Positions 1-9,337 of a stretch of DNA of 17,704 nucleotides are shown in pieces. Within the stretch, counting starts at the first letter, position 1. The number at the start of each line of letters is the position of its first letter. Location: the NCBI GenBank assembly GCA_039803745.1, contig JBDRZD010000039.1:1-17704 (forward strand). The letters are read 5' to 3'. The DNA comes from a candidate division WOR-3 bacterium. Lineage in GTDB: Bacteria > Hydrothermota > Hydrothermia > Hydrothermales > Hydrothermaceae. Position numbers and translations under genes: made by a program. Below the pieces are notes generated by a model that had not been told where the DNA came from, searched no databases, and was given only the letters and a program-made list of their open reading frames with translations.

Positions 1-724
1 TATTTTCTGTCTTAAATATTAAAAATATTTTACCTTTTCTTAATAGAAAATTTAAGACAATTTGAAAAGGTTTTGCATTATATTTTTTAGCGATTTCTTC
101 AAGAATTTTCCATTTCTCTGTTCCTTTTGGCTCTCTTCCCTGCCATAAAGGTGAGTATCCTGAAATTGTTATATAATTTTCTTCACAGAAGGGAAGTAAT
201 TCTTCTTCAACATATCTAAAATTGTCAAGGTTATATTTAACTTGATTATTAACTATTTTCAAAGGTTTAAAAATTTCGATCATTTCTTGAAGTTCAGGTA
301 TTTTAAAATTGCTAACACCTGCATATCTTATTTTCCCCATTTCTATAAGTTTTGAAAAAGCAGAAAAGGTTTCTGAAAGGTTTAACCATGGCTCATACCA
401 GTGGAGCAAATAAAGATCAATATAATCTGTTTTAAGTTTTTTTAAACTTCTTTCACATGCTAAAATAGTGCCATTAAATGAAGCATTTTGAGGTAAAACC
501 TTGCTTGTTATAAATATTCTTTTTCTATCAATTCCTCTTATTGCTTCTCCTATAACTTCTTCAGCAATTCCATACATTTCGGCAGTATCTATGTGATTGA
601 GTCCAATTTCTATCGCATATCTTATTGTTTTAATCATATTATTTTTATTTCTTATATCCCATGTTCCAAGACAAAAAATCGGGATTTCTTCTTTTGTGTT
701 GGACAATTTAATTTTAGGTATCAT
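1..724 (-). CDS. Aldo/keto reductase (3' end runs off the window)
   Basis: Not in the ORF track; translated by hand from ATG at 724: MIPKIKLSNTKEEIPIFCLGTWD...GLNHIDTAEMYG...IFITSKV...SLKKLKTDYIDLYLLHW...GKIRYAGVSNF...NQVKYNL...GYSPL. The AKR catalytic tetrad Asp/Tyr/Lys/His is present and the frame is open to the window edge. Confidence 0.93.
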   Translation of the reverse strand, partial: MIPKIKLSNTKEEIPIFCLGTWDIRNKNNMIKTIRYAIEIGLNHIDTAEMYGIAEEVIGEAIRGIDRKRIFITSKVLPQNASFNGTILACERSLKKLKTDYIDLYLLHWYEPWLNLSETFSAFSKLIEMGKIRYAGVSNFKIPELQEMIEIFKPLKIVNNQVKYNLDNFRYVEEELLPFCEENYITISGYSPLWQGREPKGTEKWKILEEIAKKYNAKPFQIVLNFLLRKGKIFLIFKTEN

Positions 725-730
725 ATAGTT

Positions 731-740
731 TATAATTATA
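731..740. promoter_or_regulatory. Palindromic TATAATTATA giving overlapping -10 boxes on both strands (putative divergent promoter)
   Basis: TATAAT at 731-736 (+) and at 740-735 (-), in the 34-bp gap between divergent genes. Shine-Dalgarno AAGGAGG at 748-754 serves the + gene. Confidence 0.55.
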
Positions 741-758
741 AAATAAAAAGGAGGTTTT

Positions 759-1016
759 ATGGAAGAAAAAGAAGTAGGAAAGGTATTGGATTATTATGCA
801 AAAATAGGGGTTGTAGCAATTGAAATTACCGAAGGCGAAATAAAAATTGGTGATAAATTACACTTTAAAGGAGCAACAACTGATTTTACTCAGACTATTG
901 AATCAATGCAAATAGAGCATAAACCTGTTGAAGTTGCCAAAAAAGGTGATAAAGTGGGAATAAAGGTAAGGGAACGTGTTCGTCCTCATGATAAAGTCTT
1001 TAAAGTTATAGAATAA
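759..1016 (+). CDS. Small stand-alone EF-Tu domain II-like / U32 peptidase C-terminal-like beta-barrel protein ('translation elongation factor-like protein')
   Basis: VGKVLDYYAKIGVVAIEITEGEIKIGDKLHFKG...QTIESMQIEHKPVEVAKKGDKVGIKV...VRPHDKVFKV pattern; strong SD AAGGAGG. Confidence 0.8.
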   Translation: MEEKEVGKVLDYYAKIGVVAIEITEGEIKIGDKLHFKGATTDFTQTIESMQIEHKPVEVAKKGDKVGIKVRERVRPHDKVFKVIE

Positions 1017-2396
1017 TCAAATATTTATCCATAAACTTTTATAAGACAAAATTTTAACCTTCCCTTTTTCACCTTTTAAAGGTTTCACATTTTCTCTATT
1101 TGTATAAATTACTTCAATTTTACCTTTCCTTTTTGAAAATTCTGCTGCAATCTTTGCAGCATAAAATAAATCTTTATCAGGAACTAGTTGGTTTTTATTT
1201 CTCTTCAATATTACATGTGGCCCTCTATAATCTTTTACATGAAGAAAATAATCCCATGGTTTTGCAAAATGGAATGTTAATTCATTCGCCTCTTCTTTAT
1301 TTCTTGCAACATAAATTTTAAACCCTGATGGTGAGATAAATTCCTTGAAGTTCTTTTCTTTTTTTATTTCTCCTTTTTCTTTTCTTTTTTTTAATTCCTC
1401 AATCTTTTTTAAAATTTTTTCTATTTTTTCTTTCTTATTTTTATAAATCTCAAAATATCTTTGAGCTGCTTTTAAAGGATCTCTTTTAATTTCAACTTCG
1501 TATTCTTCATTTTTTTCGGGATCCTTTAATTTAAATTTCCCTTCTTTATTTTCAAGTTCACTCTTATACAAAATACACAATTCACCCATTTTTTTATATT
1601 TTTCATAATCCCCCTCTTTTAAAATTTTCTTTTCAAGAAATTCAATCTTTTTGATTATTCCCTTATCCATCTCCCTTTTTTCTTCTTCCTTTTCTTCTTT
1701 ATAAAAATTAAAAAGTTTTTCAACACCTTCTGAAAAATTTTCAAAATTTTCTGTTTCTCCTTTTATTTCCCAGGGAGACAAAATTAATGGTTTTCCTTCT
1801 TTATATAAAAGATAAAATATTTTAACATTTAGAGGATTTAGATCTTTTAACAAAGTCTTCAATTTTTCTCCAAAAATTTCAAAATACTCATTAAAGTATT
1901 TTTTCACATAATCTTCCCATTCGCTATTTTCTATATCAAATAAGTTCATTTTCTCTTTTGGAAATGAATATTTTTTATTCTTCCATTTATCTTTTAAATC
2001 ATAAATAACATTATAATTCTCATCGGTTATTATCAAATTTTTGAATCTACCTAAAAGTTCAATTATAAATTTTCTTTTGATCGGTTCATATAAAGGAGAA
2101 ATACCTGAAAGATTAAATATAAAAATTCTTTCTCCTTTTTTATTTTCTACCTTTTCTATTTTAAAATTTTCTAAAAGATTCGAAAAAACTGCTTTTTTGC
2201 CACCTATTTCTTTAAATAGTAAAACCGAAATTCTATAAAAATTATTTGATAAATTTATCTTTAAAATTTTTTCTTTAAAAATTAAATAAAAATTTTCCCC
2301 TTCTTTTAAAACTTTCAATATTTTTTCTCCTTCTAATTCTTTAAGATCTTTTAAAATTAAAAATGCATAGAGTTCAGAAAAAGATGGATACTTCAC
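1017..2396 (-). CDS. NFACT family protein (RqcH/Rqc2/FbpA-like ribosome quality-control factor), divergent and short
   Basis: NFACT-N-like segment KGERIFIFNL...FIIELLGRFKNLIITDEN; coiled coil with AAQRYFEIYK; C-terminal NFACT-R segment FISPSGFKIYVARNKEEANELT...DYFLHVKDYRGPHVIL...AAKIAAEFS. The GTG start overlaps the ndk end, so the start position is uncertain. Confidence 0.82.
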   Translation of the reverse strand: MKYPSFSELYAFLILKDLKELEGEKILKVLKEGENFYLIFKEKILKINLSNNFYRISVLLFKEIGGKKAVFSNLLENFKIEKVENKKGERIFIFNLSGISPLYEPIKRKFIIELLGRFKNLIITDENYNVIYDLKDKWKNKKYSFPKEKMNLFDIENSEWEDYVKKYFNEYFEIFGEKLKTLLKDLNPLNVKIFYLLYKEGKPLILSPWEIKGETENFENFSEGVEKLFNFYKEEKEEEKREMDKGIIKKIEFLEKKILKEGDYEKYKKMGELCILYKSELENKEGKFKLKDPEKNEEYEVEIKRDPLKAAQRYFEIYKNKKEKIEKILKKIEELKKRKEKGEIKKEKNFKEFISPSGFKIYVARNKEEANELTFHFAKPWDYFLHVKDYRGPHVILKRNKNQLVPDKDLFYAAKIAAEFSKRKGKIEVIYTNRENVKPLKGEKGKVKILSYKSLWINI

Positions 2397-2772
2397 GCTT
2401 AAAAGATTCTAAAGAGTCAGCAGCATGAACTGCATTTTCTGTAATATTCTCACCAAACATGTGTCTTATTGTTCCGCATCTTGCCTTTTTAGGGTCTGTT
2501 TCCCCCACGAGTTCCCTTAATTTTTCTATTGCATTTTCTTTTTCTACAAGTATTCCAACAACTTCTCCTGATGTTATAAAATCTATAAGTTTATTAAAAA
2601 AATCTTTTCCCTTATGGGGCATATAAAATTTTTCAGCCTCCTCTTTTTTCAATCTTTTCATTTTTATATCTTTTATTTCAAACCCATTTTCTTCAAGAAT
2701 TTCTATTATTTTCCCAATTTTCTTTTTTTTAACAGCATCTGGCTTTATAACAAGTAAACTTCTTTCCTTCAT
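2374..2772 (-). CDS. ndk: Nucleoside diphosphate kinase
   Basis: [45 protein letters not shown] with the catalytic His. Confidence 0.97.
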   Translation of the reverse strand: MKERSLLVIKPDAVKKKKIGKIIEILEENGFEIKDIKMKRLKKEEAEKFYMPHKGKDFFNKLIDFITSGEVVGILVEKENAIEKLRELVGETDPKKARCGTIRHMFGENITENAVHAADSLESFKREVSIFF

Positions 2773-2975
2773 ATTTTATACTTCTTTGCATAATATTTTA
2801 CAAAATTTTTAATACTCCTGTCATAAGTCTTTTCAATCTCAGGAGGGAATACACAACCAGGAAGTTCATCGTGTGATAAATGATATCTTAAACATTCACA
2901 ACACATTCCCTTCCGGGAGCAGGGTTCATAACTGCAGGTGCATTCTTTCAAATTTTTCTCCTTTTTACATTCCAT
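2769..2975 (-). CDS. Small Cys-rich protein (DUF6485-like), probably metal-binding
   Basis: [61 protein letters not shown] upstream; ATGA coupling to ndk. The family name is from recall, not a search. Confidence 0.75.
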   Translation of the reverse strand: MECKKEKNLKECTCSYEPCSRKGMCCECLRYHLSHDELPGCVFPPEIEKTYDRSIKNFVKYYAKKYKI

Positions 2976-4395
2976 TTTTTTCCTCCTTTGTTAAAAGTGA
3001 AACAATTATTATAGCAAAAAATGAAAAGAAAAAGCCTGGGACAAGTTCATAAATCAAACTTTTTAAAAAAGGGATATTATACCATAAAATTATAGTAATA
3101 GCACCTGTTATCATTCCAGCAAATATTCCCCATTTTGTTGTTCTTTTCCATAATATTGAAAGTATTATTGAAGGTCCAAAGGAGGCTGCAAGTCCTCCCC
3201 ATGCATAAAGAACAAGCCAGTAAACAAGATTTTGTGCTTTTAATGCTAAAAGGAAAGCAATAAGTCCTATAACAAATGTTAATATTCTTGAATATAAAAC
3301 AAGTCTTTTTTGACTTTCCTCCGGATTTATCATTTTTTTATAAATATCTTCAATAAAAGAAGAAGTTACAACTAATAGTTGGGAATCAGCAGTAGACATT
3401 ATTGCAGAGATTGCACCTGCAATAATAATTCCTGCTATATATGGATGTAAAAGGATTTTTGCAAGCATTGAAGTTATATGTTCAGGATCTTCTATTTTCC
3501 CTGTTAAAATTGGGATCCCAGCAATTCCAGTAAGTATTGCGCCGGTTAACGCAAAGAATGTCCATGTCATTGCAATAGTTGCTGCCTTTTTAATTTCCTT
3601 TTCTGATTTTATCGCCATATATCTTGCAAGAATATGAGGTTGACCTGGATATCCAAGCCCAATTGCAAGACCTCCTATTATCACTCCAAGAACCATTGCA
3701 ATACCTGCTTCACCTCCTGAAAGGGAAAAGGTAAATCCTTTTATACTTTTTGAATTTTCAATAAATTTTTCAAGACCACCAAGATTTAATATTGCCATAA
3801 TTGGTAAGATTAAAAGTGCAGAAAGCATAAGGATTGCTTGAATAAAGTCAGTAATTGCTACTGCAAAAAAACCTCCTAACATTGTATAAAATGTAATCAT
3901 TCCAATTCCAACAAGCATACCATAAACAGGAGGGACACCAAATGCAGAAGCGATAACTTTTCCACTTCCTAAAATCTGTGCTGATATATAAAATGTGAAA
4001 AATACAATTATAAGAACAAAAGAAGTAATTCTCAAAATTCTTGTTTTATCATTAAATCTTGATTCAAAATAATCTGGTAATGTCAAAGCGTTATACTTTT
4101 CTGAAAGTTTCCTTAAAGGAGTTGCTATTATAACCCAGTTAAATAGCGAGCCAATAAAACATCCTATTCCTGCCCAGATTGCTCCTAATCCCATTTTGAA
4201 TGCCTGCCCTGGAAGACCTATTAACAGCCACGCAGAGAAATCTGTTGCCTTTTCGGAGAGAGCAATTATCCATGAGCCAAGTTTTCTTCCACCAAGAACA
4301 AAATCCTCAAGAGTTTTTGTAAATCTTAAAGTTATAATTCCCAGAAAAAAAAGTAAAATTAAATATAAAATAAATACATAAATCATATCACTCAA
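2965..4395 (-). CDS. putP: Sodium:solute symporter, PutP (Na+/proline)-like
   Basis: About 13 hydrophobic segments; [76 protein letters not shown] motifs. Substrate not proven. Confidence 0.85.
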   Translation of the reverse strand: MSDMIYVFILYLILLFFLGIITLRFTKTLEDFVLGGRKLGSWIIALSEKATDFSAWLLIGLPGQAFKMGLGAIWAGIGCFIGSLFNWVIIATPLRKLSEKYNALTLPDYFESRFNDKTRILRITSFVLIIVFFTFYISAQILGSGKVIASAFGVPPVYGMLVGIGMITFYTMLGGFFAVAITDFIQAILMLSALLILPIMAILNLGGLEKFIENSKSIKGFTFSLSGGEAGIAMVLGVIIGGLAIGLGYPGQPHILARYMAIKSEKEIKKAATIAMTWTFFALTGAILTGIAGIPILTGKIEDPEHITSMLAKILLHPYIAGIIIAGAISAIMSTADSQLLVVTSSFIEDIYKKMINPEESQKRLVLYSRILTFVIGLIAFLLALKAQNLVYWLVLYAWGGLAASFGPSIILSILWKRTTKWGIFAGMITGAITIILWYNIPFLKSLIYELVPGFFFSFFAIIIVSLLTKEEKNGM

Positions 4396-6427
4396 AAATT
4401 TTTACAAGCTCTGAAAGTTTTGTGCTAATTAAATTAAGTTCTTGAGCCTTTGCAGCTATTTCTTCTGAATTTGCTGATAACTCCTCTGCGAGGGCTCCTA
4501 TTTCTTCAAATTTTTTGAAATTTTCATCGTAAAGGGTTAGAATTTCTCCCATCCTAACTATTATGTCCTGAAGTTCATTAATATCTTTTTTCATTAGTTT
4601 TGGAAATTCCTTAATCTTTTCTGAATAACTCTTAATATTTTTTTGAATTTCTTCCATATAAAGGTTTATTTCATCTATTCTCTTATTCCTTTCTCTTTCA
4701 ATTTCCTCATATCCCAAAAAACCCTTTCTAATTTTTAAAATTGTTTCTTCACCCTTTGTAAATTCTTCTTGAATTTTTTTCGTTAAATTTTCTCCTGTTT
4801 CTGCAAGTTTTCCAATTTCCTCTGCAATAATTCCAAATCCACTTCCTTTTTCTTCAAATCTTGCTGCTTCAATTGCTGCATTTAAAGAAAGTAATCTTGT
4901 TTTTGTTGTGTAGTCAACAATAAATTCAATAAATTCTTGTATTTTGGTATAAGAATCTAAAAATTTTTCAAATTCCTCTTTTATTTCGCTATACTCTCTT
5001 GAAAAGTTTTGTTCTAATTTTTCTAAAGTTAAATAAGAATTATGCACAGTTAAAGCCCTATTCTGCAATTCTTCAAAAGACGATATGAGTTTTTCTGATT
5101 CATCTCCCATCTTTTCCATTGTTTTTCCTATATTTTCAAGTATTTCAAAATTTTTCTGAAGAAGATTTTTTGCATTTTCAAGATTTTGATTTGCCTTTGT
5201 TATCTTTTCAGTGATTTCTGTAATACTTGCACTGAATTCCTGTGTAATTGAAGCAAGATGTTCCGAATCTTTATTAAGAGAATAGGAAATATCTTTTAAA
5301 TCACTTATGTTTAGTAGAATTTCAACCTGGGAAGATAAAGAACTTGTAATTTCTTGGAGTCTTTTGATATCGTCTTCATAAAAATTATCAAATTTATCAC
5401 TTTCAATATCAAAAACACCAAGAAATCTTTCATTATAAATAAGGGGAAACATGAGTTCGCTTTTTGTTTCTTGTGAAAGAGGCAAATAATCTTTTTCTTT
5501 TGAAACATAAGGCACATAAAAAGGCCTTTTTGAATCAATGACTTTCCATACAATTCCTTTTGGTCTTTTAACAGGGATGGGATTTTTTAAAGCTCCGGGA
5601 TGATAAGTGGAATATATTATTTTAACTTCGTCCTTGTTTTCATAGAGTGCTATATTTAATCCTTTTATATCAAAGTTTTCTTTTAAAATTTTTTCGATTT
5701 CCTTCATAGAATCTTCAAAAGAGAGTTTTTCTCTTAATATCTTTAAAATTTTTCTTTCAAAATTCACTCTATCAAGTTGAATCGCCATTTTTATTAAATG
5801 AAAAATTAATATTCCTGATAAAAATATGAAGATAAGAAATAAGATATTTTCCATATTTATTTTTGATATGGAAATTCTATAAAATGCATAAGACCATCCA
5901 TTGAATGTGAGCGCAAAAATATGTTCCCAGAATGCCATATAATAAATATCTTTAAATTTTAATTTGAGTTTAAAAAATTTTGGGAGATAGAAAAAGTATG
6001 GAAATATAAAACAAAATAAAAGATAAAAAATAAAAACCCGATAGAAAGATGGATTCCCTTTTGGTGGCAAAAGCAAACTAAAAATAAGGATTGCACTTGC
6101 ATAAGTAAAAGAATTCCTTAGCGCATCTAATGTGCCTATCTTCCTCCATATTTTTTCACCTAAGAAAACCCCAAGAAGATTTGCAATTCCTGCTGTAAAT
6201 CCCCCTGTGTATAATGGTAATAGAAATGCAAAAATTGGAGTTATTGTAAGGACTGAGAATCTTTTTAAAGATACTCTTACGAGTCTCGCAAAAAAGAAGA
6301 TTAATGTGAATATAATAAAAGCGAAGAAATTGAAGTGTATATACTCTAAAACTTTGTAGAACAATATGCTAATCCCAAATATTATTATCCATGGAAAAAC
6401 TTCTATCCAGAACACCTTTCTTTCCAT
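4388..6427 (-). CDS. Membrane-anchored GAF-domain methyl-accepting chemotaxis-like receptor
   Basis: Multi-TM N-terminus of about 215 aa; GAF motif GIVWKVIDSKRPFYVPYV...SELMFPLIYNERFLGVFDIESDKFDNF; MCP hairpin TRLLSLNAAIEAARFEEKGSGFGIIAEEIGKLAE. Confidence 0.82.
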   Translation of the reverse strand: MERKVFWIEVFPWIIIFGISILFYKVLEYIHFNFFAFIIFTLIFFFARLVRVSLKRFSVLTITPIFAFLLPLYTGGFTAGIANLLGVFLGEKIWRKIGTLDALRNSFTYASAILIFSLLLPPKGNPSFYRVFIFYLLFCFIFPYFFYLPKFFKLKLKFKDIYYMAFWEHIFALTFNGWSYAFYRISISKINMENILFLIFIFLSGILIFHLIKMAIQLDRVNFERKILKILREKLSFEDSMKEIEKILKENFDIKGLNIALYENKDEVKIIYSTYHPGALKNPIPVKRPKGIVWKVIDSKRPFYVPYVSKEKDYLPLSQETKSELMFPLIYNERFLGVFDIESDKFDNFYEDDIKRLQEITSSLSSQVEILLNISDLKDISYSLNKDSEHLASITQEFSASITEITEKITKANQNLENAKNLLQKNFEILENIGKTMEKMGDESEKLISSFEELQNRALTVHNSYLTLEKLEQNFSREYSEIKEEFEKFLDSYTKIQEFIEFIVDYTTKTRLLSLNAAIEAARFEEKGSGFGIIAEEIGKLAETGENLTKKIQEEFTKGEETILKIRKGFLGYEEIERERNKRIDEINLYMEEIQKNIKSYSEKIKEFPKLMKKDINELQDIIVRMGEILTLYDENFKKFEEIGALAEELSANSEEIAAKAQELNLISTKLSELVKIFE

Positions 6428-6440
6428 TTTTAAACTTTAA

Positions 6441-6470
6441 ATTATATTTTTAAAAATAAAAAATTGTCAA
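6441..6470 (-). promoter_or_regulatory. Perfect-consensus sigma70/sigmaA promoter for the MCP-putP-DUF6485-ndk-NFACT operon
   Basis: Minus strand TTGACA (6470-6465), 18 nt spacer, TATAAT (6446-6441), ending 13 nt before the ATG at 6427. Confidence 0.8.
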
Positions 6471-6477
6471 TCAATTT

Positions 6478-7347
6478 TTATTTTTCGTAAGGTTCAGGAT
6501 GGATTATTATATCAATATTTTTTATTTTTTCTTTTAGTTTTTTTTCAATTTCATCACATATTTCATGCACATCTTTTAAATTTTTTTCTGGTGGGAAAAC
6601 AAGGTGGAGGTCGACAAATTTTTTATCCCCTGATTTTCTTGTTCTGAGTTCATGAAACTCTATAAACTCAGAGGAATACGTAAATAACACTTTTTTTATT
6701 TTAATGATATCTTCTTCCTCAATTCTTTTATCCAGTATCTCATCTGCTGTTTCTATTATTGATTTTGCTCCAAGAAAAATTATATATCCTGAAAATATTA
6801 TACCTATTGCAGGATCAATAATTTTTTTATTTGTAATCAAAACAATGAAAAGACCAAGTATAACACAAAATGTAGTTATACTGTCTGAGAAAAGATGTTT
6901 TGCATCTGTTTTTATTGCTATTGAATGAATTTCTTTTGCTTTTTTATAAAGATATACACTCGTTAAAAAATTTATAATTCCTGTAATCCCTGAAATCATT
7001 ATTCCTGCATCTAATCTTTTAAGTTCAAAAGGCATAAAAAATCTCTTAAAAGAAATATAAATAAGCGAAAAACCCATTAAAAGGATAAGAAATCCTTCAA
7101 ATAAAGAAGATATATACTCCATTTTTTGATGCCCGTATGGATGTTCTTCATCAGGAGGTTTTAAAGATTTTTTTATTGAGAAAAAGAGAATTCCTGATGC
7201 AATTATATTATTTATTGTTTCAACAGAATCCGTGAGTAAAGCAATTGAATTTGTTATAAAATAGGAAAAAAGTTTTAAAAAAAATACAAAAAAAGCAACT
7301 CCTATTGAAATTAAGGATAATTTTATCTTTTTGTGAAATGCTTTTAT
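6478..7347 (-). CDS. Cation diffusion facilitator (FieF/CzcD-like) transporter; likely true start is ATA at 7347 (289 aa), not ATG at 7122
   Basis: The frame is open upstream of 7122 to a TAA at 7353-7351 and encodes the conserved N-terminal TMs ([26 protein letters not shown]...[15 protein letters not shown]). TM5 DAKHLFSD; C-terminal LRTRKSG..FVDLHL...IIIHPEP. Confidence 0.88.
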   Translation of the reverse strand: MKAFHKKIKLSLISIGVAFFVFFLKLFSYFITNSIALLTDSVETINNIIASGILFFSIKKSLKPPDEEHPYGHQKMEYISSLFEGFLILLMGFSLIYISFKRFFMPFELKRLDAGIMISGITGIINFLTSVYLYKKAKEIHSIAIKTDAKHLFSDSITTFCVILGLFIVLITNKKIIDPAIGIIFSGYIIFLGAKSIIETADEILDKRIEEEDIIKIKKVLFTYSSEFIEFHELRTRKSGDKKFVDLHLVFPPEKNLKDVHEICDEIEKKLKEKIKNIDIIIHPEPYEK

Positions 7348-8084
7348 TTCTTAATAAAGGGGCTTAAAAGATCTATTGGTATCGGTAAAATTGTTGTTGT
7401 GGCTTTTTCAGCTGCTACCTCTGTAAGAGTTTGTAAAAATCTAAGTTGAACTGCAACAGGTTGTTCAGAGATTATTTTTGCAGCCTCAAAAAGTTTTTTA
7501 GCAGCTTGGTATTCACCTTCAGCAGAAATTACCTTTGCTCTTCTTTCTCTCTCTGCTTCAGCCTGTCTTGCCATTGCTCTTCTCATTTCCTCAGGTAAAT
7601 CTACATGTTTTACTTCAACTGCAGAAACTTTTACACCCCATGGGTCAGTATGTTCATCAATTATCTGCTGTAATCTTTGATTTATCTTTTCTCTTTGTGC
7701 CAAAAGTTCGTCAAGTTCTGCCTCACCAAGTATACTTCTTAATGTTGTTTGGGCAATTTGTGAAGTTGCATAAAGATAATCTTCTACCTCTATTATCGCT
7801 TTCTGAGGATCAACAACCCTGAAATATACCACTGCATTCACTTTTACAGAAACATTGTCTCTTGTTATAACATCCTGTGGGGGAACATCCATTACAACTG
7901 TTCTTAATGAAACCCTTACAATTCTATCAACAATTGGAATTATTAAAAAAAGCCCTGGACCTTTAACTCCATGAAACCTTCCAAGCCTGAATACAACTGC
8001 CCTTTCGTATTCAGGAAGCACTTTTATTGCCGAAAGGAGTATAAGAACAACAAGCACAATTATCACTGCCCAAAAAGTTATCAT
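7344..8084 (-). CDS. SPFH / stomatin-like (slipin, band 7) protein
   Basis: [84 protein letters not shown]. Confidence 0.95.
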   Translation of the reverse strand: MITFWAVIIVLVVLILLSAIKVLPEYERAVVFRLGRFHGVKGPGLFLIIPIVDRIVRVSLRTVVMDVPPQDVITRDNVSVKVNAVVYFRVVDPQKAIIEVEDYLYATSQIAQTTLRSILGEAELDELLAQREKINQRLQQIIDEHTDPWGVKVSAVEVKHVDLPEEMRRAMARQAEAERERRAKVISAEGEYQAAKKLFEAAKIISEQPVAVQLRFLQTLTEVAAEKATTTILPIPIDLLSPFIKK

Positions 8085-9337
8085 TTTTTACCTCCTTTAA
8101 ATTTTTTAACTTTCAATTTTAGTCCCTCAATTCCTATTACCTCTATTTCCTCACCTTTTTTTATCTTTTCTTCACTCATTGCCTGCCATATTTCTCCATG
8201 AATGAATGCAGTACCTCCTTTTTTATCTATATCACTTCTTGCTATTCCTGTTTCTCCAATTATTCCTTCCTTTCCACTAACAGGTTTCCTCTTATGAACC
8301 TGTATAACTTTTGTAATCACTATTATGAAAAAAATAGCAGTTACAAGCGTAACACCTGCAATTGCCCATAGAGATATTCTTAAATAGGGGACATCCCTTG
8401 AAAATAAAAGTAAAGAACCAAGAACAAGAGAAATAACCCCACCAAGTCCAAGTGCCCCATGAGACTGCACTTTTACTTCAAGTAAAAATAAGATCATTGA
8501 AAGAAGTATTAAAAGAACACCTGCATAATTAACAGGAAGCGTTTGAAGTGCATATAGAGCAAGTATAAGACATATTGCACCTGCAACTCCTGGGAATATT
8601 GCCCCAGGGTGTGTTATTTCAAAGAAAAGCCCATAAAATCCCAAAATGAGTAAAATATAAGCAATTGTAGGATTTGAAATTACCGATAGTATTTTAGTTC
8701 TTAATCCCATCTTATATTCCCTTAATTCTATATCCTTTGTCTCAATAATTCTTTCAACTCCTGAAATTTCAACTTTTTTACCATCTATTTTTGATAATAA
8801 ATCCTTTATATCATTTGCAATTACATCTATTACTTTTTTATTAAAAGCATCTTCTGCTGAAATTGATATACTTTTTTCCACAAACTCTTTTGCAATTTTA
8901 ACATTTCTATTCCTTTTTTTTGCAATTGATTCCATATAGGCAATTGCATCATTCAATACCTTTTTCATCATCACTGTATCCTTTTGCGCTTCTCCTATTG
9001 TAACAGGGTGTGCAGCGCCAATATTTGTTCCAGGTGCCATTGCAGCAATATGTGCAGCAATTGTTATAAATGCGCCTGCTGAAGCAGCCCTTGCTCCAGG
9101 AGGATACACGAAAATACATACAGGGACATCAGCATTCATAATTTTCTTTATTATCTCTCTCATTGAAGCATCAAGACCACCTGGTGTATCAAGCATTAAT
9201 ATTGCAATTTCTGCATTATTTTTTTCAGCCTCATTTATTAAAGAGAGAATATACTCTTGAGCAGGTGGATGAATTATTCCATCATATATTCCATATAATA
9301 TTATCTTGGATAGTAAAAATAAAATAAAAACTTTCAT
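8081..9337 (-). CDS. nfeD: Long-form NfeD membrane-bound serine protease (ClpP-like domain + TM domain + OB-fold)
   Basis: LDTPGGL, ARAASAG (catalytic Ser), [20 protein letters not shown] (catalytic Lys), multi-TM region, C-terminal [10 protein letters not shown]; canonical pairing with stomatin. Confidence 0.92.
   Translation of the reverse strand: MKVFILFLLSKIILYGIYDGIIHPPAQEYILSLINEAEKNNAEIAILMLDTPGGLDASMREIIKKIMNADVPVCIFVYPPGARAASAGAFITIAAHIAAMAPGTNIGAAHPVTIGEAQKDTVMMKKVLNDAIAYMESIAKKRNRNVKIAKEFVEKSISISAEDAFNKKVIDVIANDIKDLLSKIDGKKVEISGVERIIETKDIELREYKMGLRTKILSVISNPTIAYILLILGFYGLFFEITHPGAIFPGVAGAICLILALYALQTLPVNYAGVLLILLSMILFLLEVKVQSHGALGLGGVISLVLGSLLLFSRDVPYLRISLWAIAGVTLVTAIFFIIVITKVIQVHKRKPVSGKEGIIGETGIARSDIDKKGGTAFIHGEIWQAMSEEKIKKGEEIEVIGIEGLKLKVKKFKGGKK

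Noticed and set aside
593..823. 76-aa plus-strand ORF from the track
   Set aside because: Shadow ORF antisense to the aldo/keto reductase and out of frame with the 759-1016 gene; no recognisable motif.
1340..1700. Low-complexity T/C-rich tracts that look like repeats
   Set aside because: They are the reverse complement of Lys/Glu codons in the NFACT coiled coil; there is no discrete repeat unit.
6478..7122. CDF as a genuinely truncated 214-aa protein or a frameshifted pseudogene
   Set aside because: The missing N-terminal helices are present in frame upstream with no stop or frameshift; only the start codon is atypical.
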